From assembly GCA_037924335.1 (NCBI GenBank), contig JAXSMZ010000018.1, forward strand, positions 1 to 35,120: DNA of 35,120 nt, in the 5' to 3' direction. The stretch comes from Aquificaceae bacterium. GTDB taxonomy: Bacteria > Aquificota > Aquificia > Aquificales > Aquificaceae. A program made the translations under genes and the position numbers. The notes below the pieces were generated by a model. That model worked only from the letters and a program-made list of their open reading frames with translations. It did no database searches and was not told the DNA's origin. Of the stretch, positions 17,801-27,355 are shown piece after piece (positions within the stretch are counted from its first letter, which is position 1; each line of letters begins with the position of its first letter).

Positions 17801-17818
17801 TGTGGATAAGTGTCCACA
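17801..17818. promoter_or_regulatory. Perfect DnaA box plus adjacent inverted 2-mismatch box
   Basis: TGTGGATAA (17801-17809) is the reverse complement of TTATCCACA. GTGTCCACA follows at 17810-17818. Confidence 0.45.
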
Positions 17819-17887
17819 AAAGGGATATTTGTCCATACTGAAGGATACTCTGTAGTTTCCTTCATTTTGAGGAAAATAAAAAAGAAA

Positions 17888-17896
17888 TGCTATAAT
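17888..17896 (+). promoter_or_regulatory. Extended -10 promoter of secD
   Basis: TGcTATAAT 9 nt before the ATG, with no SD. Confidence 0.7.
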
Positions 17897-17905
17897 CTTT
17901 AAAAG

Positions 17906-19399
17906 ATGAGGAACTTTTACTTAAACCTTGGTCTTCTCGTCTTCTTGCTTTTTTTGACGGGAGCCATTACTCTTCTCAGACCAGTTAACTTAGGATTGGA
18001 CCTAAAGGGTGGCATATCCATGCTTCTTGAGCCAGATATGGATTACGCTCTCAAGCAAGAGTACGAGAGGTATTCAAAGGATGTTTATCAGAAGCTCAAA
18101 GATGCAGGTGTGAATGTACTTGATGTTATAGCCCAGAAGGATGGTATAAAGGTTGAGCTGTTGGAAGATATGGACTTAGGCAAGATAAAGGAGGTTGTGA
18201 ATAGGGATCTTCCAAGGTTTGAAGTTGTAAGGGGAGAGAAGGGTTTTGCTCTTTTGAGCTTGAAGGAGAAGGAGATAAACCAGCTAAAAGATGGTATAGC
18301 AAGCCAAACCGTTGAAGTTCTAAGAAAGAGGATAGATGAGCTCGGAGTTGTTCAACCCGTGATAACAAGGGTAGGAGGAGATAGGGTTCTGGTGGAACTG
18401 CCTGGAGTACTGGATATACAAAAGGCCAAATCCATAATAGGTAAGACAGCCCTCTTAGAGCTAAAGCTTGTGGTAGAAAGCGGGTCTAAGGAGGTTCTTG
18501 AGAGCAGGCTTACAAAGGATACAGAGCTCCTTCCATCCAAAGACCCAAGAGAGTGGTTTCTTGTTGAAAAACTCCCAGTAATAACGGGTGCTGACCTTAA
18601 AACTGCTTACACAAGCACAGATGAGTTTGGTAGCCCCTCTGTTACCTTTGAGCTTACGGATCAAGGGTCCAAAGCCTTTGGTGATGCAACGGAGAAGAAC
18701 ATTGGAAAGAGGCTTGCCATAGTCCTTGATAAAAAGGTCATGTCGGCTCCAGTGATAAGAAGCAGGATAACAGACAGGGGGCAGATAACGGGTCAGTTTA
18801 CTCCAGAGGAGGCTAAGGAGCTTGCCATAGTCCTAAGGGCTGGAGCTTTGCCTACAAACGTGAGGTTTCTCCAGGAAGAGGTTGTAGGTCCATCCCTTGG
18901 GAAGGATGCCATAAATCAGAGTGTAAAAGCTGGAGTTCTTGGCTTTTTCCTTCTTGTCCTCCTTCTCATAGGAAGGTACAAGGTCGCTGGCATAACTGCA
19001 AACCTTTCTATACTTTTAAACGCCCTTCTTCTGTGGGGTGGTCTGGTTCTCCTTGGTGCTACTCTTACACTTCCAGGTATAGCTGGCATACTCCTGAACA
19101 TGGGTATAGCTGTGGATTCAAACGTACTCATCTTTGAGAGGATAAAGGAAGAGCTGAGATTTGGCAGCCCAGTGAGAAAGGCTGTAGAGATAGGCTACAG
19201 AAGGTCGTTGAGCGTCGTTTGGGATACGCACGTAACTCTTCTGATAGCAGCTCTTATCCTTTTCCAGTTTGGAAGTGGTCCTGTAAAAGGGTTTGCAACA
19301 ACGCTTACCATAGGAACCATAGCTTCCTTTGTTTCAAACGTATACTTTGCTAAGTTTTTCCTTGATGTTCTTGCCAAGCTGAGAATTTTCAAAGTCTGA
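17906..19399 (+). CDS. secD: Protein translocase subunit SecD
   Basis: LGLDLKGG, RIDELGV..P, LRAGALP, GPSLG, AVDSNVLIFERIKEE, GPVKGFA. Confidence 0.96.
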   Translation: MRNFYLNLGLLVFLLFLTGAITLLRPVNLGLDLKGGISMLLEPDMDYALKQEYERYSKDVYQKLKDAGVNVLDVIAQKDGIKVELLEDMDLGKIKEVVNRDLPRFEVVRGEKGFALLSLKEKEINQLKDGIASQTVEVLRKRIDELGVVQPVITRVGGDRVLVELPGVLDIQKAKSIIGKTALLELKLVVESGSKEVLESRLTKDTELLPSKDPREWFLVEKLPVITGADLKTAYTSTDEFGSPSVTFELTDQGSKAFGDATEKNIGKRLAIVLDKKVMSAPVIRSRITDRGQITGQFTPEEAKELAIVLRAGALPTNVRFLQEEVVGPSLGKDAINQSVKAGVLGFFLLVLLLIGRYKVAGITANLSILLNALLLWGGLVLLGATLTLPGIAGILLNMGIAVDSNVLIFERIKEELRFGSPVRKAVEIGYRRSLSVVWDTHVTLLIAALILFQFGSGPVKGFATTLTIGTIASFVSNVYFAKFFLDVLAKLRIFKV

Positions 19400-19400
19400 A

Positions 19401-20027
19401 TTATTCCAAAAGACCTCTAAGCAGTCCTTCCAACTTCCCACTTTCCCTTCTCTGAAGATAATTTATAACGTACTTGCCTATTAGGTCCACCTCCACGTTC
19501 ACATAACTCCCCTTTTTTCTGTAGCTTAGGTTTGTGTTTAAGTAAGTGTGAGGGATTATGTTGATAGAGATAGCCCCTTCCTGTAAACTGTTTACTGTCA
19601 GGCTTATACCATCTATGCCAACAGATCCCTTTTCGACAAAGTACAAAGCCCAATCTTTTGGAATTTCTATCTTTAACGTCCAGTGTTCGCCTTGCCTTTC
19701 CAAAGATATGACCCTTGAGGTGAAGTCTATATGTCCTTGAAGTATGTGACCACCAAGCCTATCTCCCAGCCTGAGCGCCCTTTCCAAGTTAACACGATCC
19801 CCTTCTTTTAGAAACTTTATGTTGCTTCTTTTTAGAGTCTCCAAAGAAACATCAAAGGAGAGCACATTTTCCGCCATGCTCACAACAGTAAGACAGACGC
19901 CGTTTACAGATATGCTATCCCCTACCTTTATATCCTTCAAACCTGTCTGCACTTTTATATGACCGCCTTTTGATGAAAGCTCTACGCCTTTTACAACCCC
20001 TATGTCTTCTACAAGACCAGTAAACAT
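19401..20027 (-). CDS. ribE: Riboflavin synthase (alpha chain)
   Basis: MFTG start, [46 protein letters not shown] overlap with the pyrK stop. Confidence 0.95.
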   Translation of the reverse strand: MFTGLVEDIGVVKGVELSSKGGHIKVQTGLKDIKVGDSISVNGVCLTVVSMAENVLSFDVSLETLKRSNIKFLKEGDRVNLERALRLGDRLGGHILQGHIDFTSRVISLERQGEHWTLKIEIPKDWALYFVEKGSVGIDGISLTVNSLQEGAISINIIPHTYLNTNLSYRKKGSYVNVEVDLIGKYVINYLQRRESGKLEGLLRGLLE

Positions 20028-20776
20028 CACAATATAACCTCATCGGCTTTAAAAACTGGACCCTCGTAGCAAACACGAAGGTAGTGGCCATCTTTGTTTC
20101 TCACAACGCATCCCAGACAAACACCCCAACCGCATGCCATACGAGATTCCAAAGAAAGGTAAACCTTGTATCCAACCGCCAGTTCCTTTATGGCTCTCAG
20201 CATGGACTTTGGGCCACATGCACAGATGGTCCATGAGTTATCAAAGTCTTTTAGCACATCAACGACAAGACCCCTCTTCCCAAAACTTCCATCCTCTGTG
20301 TAGAGTATGTGTTTAAACCCTTCCTCCTCAAGCCAGTATCTCATACCAAGATGTTCCTTTGACCTTCCTCCGTAAACAAATACAACATCCCTCTTCAGTT
20401 TTTTCAGCTCTTTTCCAAGCAATGTAAGGCCAGAAAGGCCAACGCCGCCACCTATGAGAAGGTATCTCTGGTCTGAAGTATCAAAAAGCCCCTTCCCTAA
20501 GGGACCAAAAACCTTCACATGGTCTCCCTCTTTCAACTGGCTCATCATCTTTGTTGCCCTTCCTACCACATCGTAAAATATAGAAAGAACATCATCCCTT
20601 ACATCCCCAATGGCAAAGGCTCTTCTCCCCATTGGGTCGTTTGTTTGAAAAGCCTTTATCATTAAAAACTGACCACCTTTTACCCTTGGAGCGACTTCTG
20701 GAGCAAGGAAGTCCATCCTGTAAGTTCTCCCAGCTAGCAGCTCGTTGTTTATTATACTGCAGCTTATGTCTATCAT
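20027..20776 (-). CDS. pyrK: Dihydroorotate dehydrogenase electron transfer subunit
   Basis: GQF.M, GPLGKG, GGGVG, ACGP..M, SLE.RMACG.G.C.GC...RVC.EGPVF (2Fe-2S). Confidence 0.9.
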   Translation of the reverse strand: MIDISCSIINNELLAGRTYRMDFLAPEVAPRVKGGQFLMIKAFQTNDPMGRRAFAIGDVRDDVLSIFYDVVGRATKMMSQLKEGDHVKVFGPLGKGLFDTSDQRYLLIGGGVGLSGLTLLGKELKKLKRDVVFVYGGRSKEHLGMRYWLEEEGFKHILYTEDGSFGKRGLVVDVLKDFDNSWTICACGPKSMLRAIKELAVGYKVYLSLESRMACGWGVCLGCVVRNKDGHYLRVCYEGPVFKADEVIL

Positions 20777-21759
20777 CTTTTCCCCTTCAGAAGCTCATCA
20801 CCCAAAAGGTTAAAGGCAACAACAACAAGGAATATGGCAACACCAGGAGAGAGTATCCAAGGGTAAGAAGAAACAAGGTTTATGTTTCTTGCATCTGAGA
20901 TCATGTTGCCCCAGCTTGGCTCAGGCTCCTGAATTCCAAGCCCCAAAAAGCTAAGGGCAGATTCTGCCAGTATATAGCCAGGAAAAGAGAGAGTTGCAGA
21001 AACCACAAGGTAGTAGTAAGCGTTGGGCAGTATATGTTTTCTTAGAATTCTGAGGGTGCTTGCTCCGTAAGTCTTTGCACTTAGAACAAACTCCTTCTCT
21101 CTTATGGATAGAACCATCCCCCTTACAACTCTTGCTAGGGAAGCCCACCCAAGAAAGGATATTATAAAGACCACCATTAGGAAGACTTCAAAGCTCCCCA
21201 TGGTCAAGGGGAAAACAGACCTTAGAGAGAGCATAAGGTAAAAGGTGGGTATGGCAAGGAGGACCTCCACAACGCGCATGATCATAGCATCTGTATATCC
21301 GCCTAAATATCCCGAAATACCTCCTATCAAAGATCCAAGGAAGAAGGTAACAAAAACACCCAAAAGACCAACAAACATGGAAACCCTTGCACCGTACACT
21401 ATCCTTGAAAATATGTCCCTTCCAAGCTTATCACCACCAAGGAGGTAAAGCCTGCAAGGTTCCTCTACTCCGAATAGTTTAAAACCATATGGGGTTTTAG
21501 TGAAGAACTTCAGATTGCAGGATGTACTTTTTTCCTCAACGTAAGATTTGAATATAGTGTCCTTTAAAAGATAGAGGTTTACGTACGGGTAGGAAAGCTT
21601 ACCATCTTTGAGTATGTGTATCCTTGTGGGCGGATGGTAGGGTGTCTTCCTGCTCTGTAAGTCGTAAGGATAGGGGGCTATAAAATCTGAGAAAAGAGCA
21701 AAAAGGACAAAGATAACTATTATGGTCGTTGGAAAGGCAGGAAGTGTTCTAAGCGTCAT
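20773..21759 (-). CDS. Oligopeptide/dipeptide ABC permease (OppC/DppC)
   Basis: LG.DKLGRDIFSR..YGAR.S, EAA loop EFVLSAKTYGAS, ESALSFLGLG, FNLLGD. Confidence 0.9.
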   Translation of the reverse strand: MTLRTLPAFPTTIIVIFVLFALFSDFIAPYPYDLQSRKTPYHPPTRIHILKDGKLSYPYVNLYLLKDTIFKSYVEEKSTSCNLKFFTKTPYGFKLFGVEEPCRLYLLGGDKLGRDIFSRIVYGARVSMFVGLLGVFVTFFLGSLIGGISGYLGGYTDAMIMRVVEVLLAIPTFYLMLSLRSVFPLTMGSFEVFLMVVFIISFLGWASLARVVRGMVLSIREKEFVLSAKTYGASTLRILRKHILPNAYYYLVVSATLSFPGYILAESALSFLGLGIQEPEPSWGNMISDARNINLVSSYPWILSPGVAIFLVVVAFNLLGDELLKGKR

Positions 21760-21761
21760 AG

Positions 21762-22403
21762 TTAAATTATATCTGTAAAAATGAGGACCTTCCTTTGGCT
21801 TTTTATTCTGGATGCTGGTATGTCCTCTCCTCTAAGAAGTTTTTCCAATGCTTGCCTCTTTTCTTGCCCCTTCACAAAGAAGGCTATCTTTTGGGATGAG
21901 CTTATGGCTCTTTCGGTTAGACTTAGCCTCAAAAGCCCATCGGGAGACTTGCCTATGCAAACATAAGGCGTTATCTCCTTACACTCTGTTTTTGGAAACA
22001 AAGAAGCCGTATGACCATCCTTTCCAAGCCCAAGCAAGACAAAGTCAAGACCTTTTGTCTTTTCTATCTCCTTGGAGTAAAGGAGAGCTGCTTCTTCAGG
22101 GAGCAAAGAAGTATTAAAGCAATAGATACTTCTGATAAACCTCTTTACGTTAGAGCAGTTGCTTCTCTCATCCCCATAGGGTACGTATCTATCATCGGTG
22201 AGAAAAACCTTAATCCTTTCCCATTCTACGCTTAGCTCCGACATTATTTTGTAAGCTTTAAGTGGTGTTCTCCCACCAGCAAGGGCCAAGCTAAAACATC
22301 CCATTTTTGCTATAAAAAGCTCGGACAACCTCTTTATAAAGCGTGCCAAAATCCTATCTACATCCCCGCTCACAAAAAGCTTATAAAACCCATGCCCTTC
22401 CAT
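21762..22403 (-). CDS. pgl: 6-phosphogluconolactonase
   Basis: LALAGGRTP, DDRYVP..DERSN, LLGLGKDGHTASLFP, G.EK..AL, IPA. Confidence 0.92.
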   Translation of the reverse strand: MEGHGFYKLFVSGDVDRILARFIKRLSELFIAKMGCFSLALAGGRTPLKAYKIMSELSVEWERIKVFLTDDRYVPYGDERSNCSNVKRFIRSIYCFNTSLLPEEAALLYSKEIEKTKGLDFVLLGLGKDGHTASLFPKTECKEITPYVCIGKSPDGLLRLSLTERAISSSQKIAFFVKGQEKRQALEKLLRGEDIPASRIKSQRKVLIFTDII

Positions 22404-23745
22404 CTTGCTCTATCAAGCTTTTGGCCTCTTTTGGTCCATAGCTTCCCTGTTTGTAGGTATAAAGAGGTAGGTCCTTTTCTATCATGGGCTGGACAACTTC
22501 CCACATGGACTCTACCTCGTCCCCCCTCATAAAGAGCGTACGGTCAGACTTTACTACGTCCAAAAGAAGTGTCTCATAAGCTTCGGGGAGCTTCCCCTTT
22601 GCGTAGTCCTCCATGTCGTACTCCATGGCTGTCTCCATAGGACAGGATATAAAGCTACCCAAAGGAGGCCTGAGCTCAAAATTTATTATGATCTTGTTCT
22701 TCGGTGCTGCCTGGAATATGACCTTGTTCTGCTTTGGTGTGCAGTCGAGCATCTTTGAGAAAACCCTTGGAACTTCTTTAAAAACAACAGTTATCTGGCT
22801 TAGCTTTCTGTGGAGCTTCTTACCTGTGATCAGATAAAAGGGTACATCCTGCCATCTTGGATTGTCCACATAGAACTTAGCGGCAATGAAGGTCTCTGTC
22901 TTTGAATCTTTTTTAACTTTTTCTTCCGCTCTGTATCCTTCATACTGCCCCCTTATTATGCTTTTTTCTAACTCCTTGCCCTCCACCTTCCTTATGGACC
23001 TCAAGAGCTTTACCTTTTCATCCCTTATTGACTCTGGGTCTGTACAGCAAGGGAGCTCCATAGACAAGAAGGAGAGCATCTGAAGCATATGGTTTTGCAG
23101 CATATCCCTTATGGCTCCTACCCTATCGTAATACTCTCCCCTTCCTTCTATGCCCACATCCTCTATAGCCGCTATCTGTACATGGTCAACAAAGTTTTTG
23201 TTCCATAACCCTTCGAATATTGTGTTTGAAAGCCTAAGCGAAAAAATGTTCTGAACTGTATACTTTCCAAGGAAGTGGTCTATTCGGTAAATTTCATCCT
23301 CTATAAAGTATCTATGTAGAAGCTCGTTGAGTTTTTTTGCAGACTGAAGGTCAAAACCGAAGGGTTTTTCTATGACTATCTTCCTTGGATTTGTAAAGTT
23401 TCTAAGAAGGGGTCCCAACCGTCTTAATGTTTCCTCAAAGAGAAAGGGAGATATGGAAAGATAAAAAATGAGCTCTTGTCCTTTAAGGTTGTTCAAAGTA
23501 TCTCCAAGCTCTTTGTAAGAAGAATCTTTTGTGACGTCAAAGGGGAGAAAGCTGCTCATCTTCTCCTCTCCGAAGCTCTCTATCAGCCTTTCCCAACCCT
23601 CATCTCTTCCTCTTGCGAGAGAATAAACTCTGTGTAAATTTTCAAGCCCTCCAGATACGTACAGACTATGCAATGCGGGAAGAAGTTTCTTCTTTGCTAA
23701 GTTTCCAGTCCCACCTATTATAAAAAGGGAGATTTTTTTATTCAT
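22381..23745 (-). CDS. zwf: Glucose-6-phosphate 1-dehydrogenase
   Basis: GGTGNLAKKKL, EKPFG, YRIDHFLGK, RDMLQNH, RW.DVPF...GK, AYE.LL.D. Confidence 0.95.
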   Translation of the reverse strand: MNKKISLFIIGGTGNLAKKKLLPALHSLYVSGGLENLHRVYSLARGRDEGWERLIESFGEEKMSSFLPFDVTKDSSYKELGDTLNNLKGQELIFYLSISPFLFEETLRRLGPLLRNFTNPRKIVIEKPFGFDLQSAKKLNELLHRYFIEDEIYRIDHFLGKYTVQNIFSLRLSNTIFEGLWNKNFVDHVQIAAIEDVGIEGRGEYYDRVGAIRDMLQNHMLQMLSFLSMELPCCTDPESIRDEKVKLLRSIRKVEGKELEKSIIRGQYEGYRAEEKVKKDSKTETFIAAKFYVDNPRWQDVPFYLITGKKLHRKLSQITVVFKEVPRVFSKMLDCTPKQNKVIFQAAPKNKIIINFELRPPLGSFISCPMETAMEYDMEDYAKGKLPEAYETLLLDVVKSDRTLFMRGDEVESMWEVVQPMIEKDLPLYTYKQGSYGPKEAKSLIEQDGRAWVL

Positions 23746-24649
23746 CCTTCCTCTTCACTTCATGCCTTCCAAATTCGTATCTCAAAGCTGCAAGGAGCTT
23801 ATCTCTGAAAGATTCTTTCTGCCTTGACCTAAACCTCATAAAGAGAGCTTCTGCTATGGATGGAGCTGGAACAGACCTCTTCATGGCTTCCAAGAGTGTC
23901 CACCTTCCCTCTCCTGTGTCCATGACGTAAGGTTCTACCTTCTCAAGACCCCCAAAATCCTCAAAGGCTCTCTCAGTAAGCTCCAAAAGCCAAGACCTTA
24001 TAACGCTTCCCATATTGTAGATCTTTGCAACTTTCTTGAGGTCATAGTCAAACTCGCTCTCTTTCAGGAGTTCAAAGCCTTCTCCTATTGCCTCCATAAA
24101 GGCATACTCTATGCCGTTGTGTACCATCTTGGCAAAATGTCCAGCTCCAGACTTACCAAGGTAAGCGTAACCTTCACCCCTGTAAGATAGGTCCATGAAT
24201 ATTTTTTCGCAGAGTTCAAAAGCTTCCCTATCTCCCCCTATCATAAGGCAGTAACCTTCCTCCTCACCATAAATGCCTCCGCTCACACCTACATCCAGAA
24301 AGTAAACTCCCATCCCCTTTAACCTTTTGTACCTTCTTTGAGAATCCCTGTAGTGAGAGTTTCCACCGTCTATGACCACATCTCCTTCAGAAAGATAAGG
24401 CTCTAAGGAAGTCAGAGCATCATCCACAGCTTGGTGCGGGACCATGACCCATACTGTCTTTCTCTCCTTCTCAAAGAGTTTGGGAATTTCCGATGGATTC
24501 TGTATAACCAAGAGGCTTTCTTTCATCTCCCCCCTTACCTCCGCGCTTGTGTCATATCCAGCCAACTTGTAGCCCCTATCTTTTAGTCTTCTTGATATAC
24601 CACGCCCCATCCTCCCAAGTCCAAAGATGAGCAGCTTATTATAAGCCAT
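23738..24649 (-). CDS. gnd: 6-phosphogluconate dehydrogenase, decarboxylating, short (YqeC-like) form
   Basis: GLGRMG, IDGGNS, GVSGG, GAGHFAKMVHNGIEY, DTGEGRWT, LR.EFG.H. Start 24649 lies 7 nt after a TATAAT. Confidence 0.93.
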   Translation of the reverse strand: MAYNKLLIFGLGRMGRGISRRLKDRGYKLAGYDTSAEVRGEMKESLLVIQNPSEIPKLFEKERKTVWVMVPHQAVDDALTSLEPYLSEGDVVIDGGNSHYRDSQRRYKRLKGMGVYFLDVGVSGGIYGEEEGYCLMIGGDREAFELCEKIFMDLSYRGEGYAYLGKSGAGHFAKMVHNGIEYAFMEAIGEGFELLKESEFDYDLKKVAKIYNMGSVIRSWLLELTERAFEDFGGLEKVEPYVMDTGEGRWTLLEAMKRSVPAPSIAEALFMRFRSRQKESFRDKLLAALRYEFGRHEVKRKDE

Positions 24650-24678
24650 ACTGAACATTATAGCCCATCTGGTAATCT

Positions 24679-24939
24679 TTATCCGTACCCAAAGAGCAGG
24701 TCAAAAATGGCCGGTTCTATACGAAACTCCCAGTTTTTAAATCCTTCTTCCTTGTTGGTTACTACCAAGTAGCCTTCTTTCTCCAAGTAAAGGACTAACT
24801 TGGCAAGGTTTGAAAGACCGCATATTTTGGCACTTTGAAGGTCTGCTATCTTTACTGTTGGGTAAGGTGTTTCAGACTCTTTGTATATTCTCAAGAGCTC
24901 ATCCTTTAGGTTGTAGTAAAGGTTGTCAAAATCACACAC
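24679..24939 (-). CDS. Small hypothetical protein, possibly winged-helix
   Basis: GTG start preceded by AAGGAGGT, overlaps the murE stop and fills the gap to gnd. L..LEKEGYL resembles a wHTH. Confidence 0.7.
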   Translation of the reverse strand: MCDFDNLYYNLKDELLRIYKESETPYPTVKIADLQSAKICGLSNLAKLVLYLEKEGYLVVTNKEEGFKNWEFRIEPAIFDLLFGYG

Positions 24940-26323
24940 CTAATACCTCCTTAACTACATCAGAGTCTGCAAAAGGATACCTCCTTCCTTTTATCTCTTG
25001 ATAGGTTTCATGGCCTTTTCCAGCAACTACCACTATATCTCCATCCTCTGCCATATCAACAGCTAAAATTATGGCCTTTCTTCTGTCCTCTTCCACGTAA
25101 ACTCTACTCTTGTCCTCTATACCTTCGTAGACTTCCCTTATTATCTCAGATGGCTCTTCGTCCCTTGGGTTATCGGATGTGAGAACTATAACATCAGACC
25201 ACCTTTCAGCCGCTTTACCCATAAGAGGTCTTTTGCTTCTGTCTCTGTTCCCACCAGCACCAAAAACGGATATGACTCTCCCTTTTGCCATTTTCTTTAT
25301 AGTTCTGATGAGGCTTTCAATTGCATCTGGTGTGTGAGCATAATCAACAACAACCGTTGTGCCCCTACCTCTGTAAATCTGGAACCTGCCTGGAACAAAA
25401 ACATCTTTGAGGCCATCCTGAATAACCTCTTGTTCTATGTCGCTTAAAAGTCCATAGAGTATTCCAGCCGATAGGTTGTAAGCTTGGAACTCTCCAACGA
25501 GGTTCGAATAGAAGCTGTACCTTTTCCCCCTAAACTCTACACTTATCTTGGAACCTTCAAAATCAGTATAAAAGCTGAGGATGGAAAGGTCCGCCTTTTC
25601 CCCATACGTTATGGCTTTTTCCCCCAGCAGCTCTTTTATCCTTTTTCCGTAAGAGTCGTCCACGTTTATTAAAGCATGTTGATAATCGTACTCTGTAAAA
25701 AGCTTTAGCTTGGCTCTAAAGTACTCTTCCATGCTACCGTGATAGTCCAAGTGGTCCTGGGTTAGGTTGGTAAAAACAGTCATATAGAATTTGGTACCCC
25801 AAACTCTGTACTGGTCAAGGGCATGGGATGATACTTCTGCAGATACCGCTTTGGCTCCATCCTTTAGCATCTGTGAAAGGGTTCTGTGCCACGTTATTGG
25901 GTCTGGCGTTGTCCTCCCTTCCCCATAGATCTTATCATCCAGCCTGTAATATATGGTTCCCATCAAGCCTGGTTTTATGCCAGCAGCTTTAGATATGGAT
26001 TCTATTATGTGTGTGGTTGTTGTTTTTCCGTTTGTTCCTGTAACACCTACAACCTTCAACTTTTCCGATGGGTCTCCAAAGAATTTACTCGCAACCTCTC
26101 CCAAGGCTTTCTTTGTGTCTTCAACCTTAACACATTTACTATTCCAAACCTTCTCGCATCTTTCCACTAGGACAAGGGAAGCACCTCTCTCCAATGCTTC
26201 CATCACAAAATCGTGTCCATCGTACTGCTTACCCTTAATGGCCACGAAGAGATAACCTTCTTTTACGTCCTTTGAGTTTAGAGCTATGCCCTTTATGTTC
26301 TTTAAAATTCCTTCAAGTTGCAT
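24932..26323 (-). CDS. murE: UDP-MurNAc-L-Ala-D-Glu:meso-DAP ligase
   Basis: GVTGTNGKTT, EVSSHAL, NLTQDHLDYH, DYAHTPD, DNPR (DAP specificity), AGKGHE. TGATG overlap with the upstream gene. Confidence 0.96.
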   Translation of the reverse strand: MQLEGILKNIKGIALNSKDVKEGYLFVAIKGKQYDGHDFVMEALERGASLVLVERCEKVWNSKCVKVEDTKKALGEVASKFFGDPSEKLKVVGVTGTNGKTTTTHIIESISKAAGIKPGLMGTIYYRLDDKIYGEGRTTPDPITWHRTLSQMLKDGAKAVSAEVSSHALDQYRVWGTKFYMTVFTNLTQDHLDYHGSMEEYFRAKLKLFTEYDYQHALINVDDSYGKRIKELLGEKAITYGEKADLSILSFYTDFEGSKISVEFRGKRYSFYSNLVGEFQAYNLSAGILYGLLSDIEQEVIQDGLKDVFVPGRFQIYRGRGTTVVVDYAHTPDAIESLIRTIKKMAKGRVISVFGAGGNRDRSKRPLMGKAAERWSDVIVLTSDNPRDEEPSEIIREVYEGIEDKSRVYVEEDRRKAIILAVDMAEDGDIVVVAGKGHETYQEIKGRRYPFADSDVVKEVLGV

Positions 26324-27318
26324 CACTTTTCTATTATAGTTTCCTCCACCTTCATGCCAAAGTGCCTTCCTACCTCTTCTATGTAACCAAGGACTTGATC
26401 CCCCTCCTTTAGGTCAACTACAGATATGGGCGTTCCATCCTCTTTTGTTAGCCTTATAGTCTCTGCATTCTGAAGGACGGCGCTCACTTTCTTATTCTCG
26501 TACCTTCCTTCAACCAAAAGCATGGGCCTTCTTTCTACCTTTGCTCTTCCCACGTTCACCACCCTTCCTCTTCCTTTAAAGTCGTAAACCATAACCTCAT
26601 CGCCAGCGTTTAGTTCACAAAGATATTTGGTTTTGTTTCCTGGAACTCTAATATACATATGAACGGCGCCAGCGTTCACTCTAAAGGGTCTTGATGCAAC
26701 GTAAGGATTTTCCTCTGTCTCTGCATGTACCAAAAACATACCGCCCGACGAGTTTCCCACAAGCATACCCTCACCACGTACCATAAGGGAGCTTGTGTCT
26801 ACACATACCCTATCCCCAAGGCTCAAGGGAAGTACCCGGGTGATCCTTACAGGCACCAGGCTTAAACTTTCCTGTGATTCTTCAAGTACCTTGCCCACCT
26901 TCTTTATCGTGTTTACATCGTTCGTTTTGAGCACAATTCCCTTCACGCCTTTTTCAAGTATTGTCAATGCTACCTTAGCTTCCTGCTCATCTTTTACAAC
27001 AGTATAAATCTCCTCTCTTTGAGCCACTAAATTTTCAAGGGGTATAATAGTCCAATCTGTAGTCTCCACTATTACCTTTACGTTGGATTGATACTTTGCA
27101 GCCCTCTGTTCATCCTCCTTGTCCTTTATGAGAACGTAAACCACATCAGTACCAAGCTTTAGGTCCCCATCCTCCGAAACTACCTTGACCCTTCCAAGCC
27201 TTTTCACCTCATCCACTTTAGAGCTATCATTCAAAAGAATAACCGATGCACCGGACTCTAATGCCGTAGTTATGAGATTCTTGTTGTAAGTCTCAGCCCA
27301 ATACCAGAACTCTTTCAT
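26323..27318 (-). CDS. 3-dehydroquinate synthase II (archaeal-type, AroB')
   Basis: DW.IIPLENL.A, LEKGV.G, GDRVCVDT, GEGMLVG, RPFRVNAG.VH, GR.K.ERRP, LQNAET, RHFG....E.I.EK. Confidence 0.92.
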   Translation of the reverse strand: MKEFWYWAETYNKNLITTALESGASVILLNDSSKVDEVKRLGRVKVVSEDGDLKLGTDVVYVLIKDKEDEQRAAKYQSNVKVIVETTDWTIIPLENLVAQREEIYTVVKDEQEAKVALTILEKGVKGIVLKTNDVNTIKKVGKVLEESQESLSLVPVRITRVLPLSLGDRVCVDTSSLMVRGEGMLVGNSSGGMFLVHAETEENPYVASRPFRVNAGAVHMYIRVPGNKTKYLCELNAGDEVMVYDFKGRGRVVNVGRAKVERRPMLLVEGRYENKKVSAVLQNAETIRLTKEDGTPISVVDLKEGDQVLGYIEEVGRHFGMKVEETIIEK

Positions 27319-27325
27319 TTGAAGT

Positions 27326-27355
27326 ATTATCCTACAAAGAGTATAGAAAAGTCAA
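27326..27355 (-). promoter_or_regulatory. Promoter of aroB'-murE
   Basis: TTGACT, 18 nt, GATAAT, then 7 nt to the ATG. Confidence 0.55.

Larger units (their letters stand above)
17583..17897 (+). repeat. 15-bp exact direct repeat AGAAATGCTATAATC, 300 bp apart
   Basis: Copies at 17583-17597 and 17883-17897. Imperfect similarity extends over about 17571-17607 versus 17871-17907. Confidence 0.85.

Noticed and set aside
17565..17819. 84-aa minus-strand ORF, and the open + frame after the waaA stop (possible readthrough)
   Set aside because: No SD or recognisable family. WaaA is already complete and ends in TAA, so there is no support for readthrough.
19395..19405. Terminators at convergent gene ends (secD/ribE, mqnE/nuoH, ispB/SLT, M23/CC-adding enzyme)
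   Set aside because: The stops abut or overlap, and I found no hairpin plus U-tract.
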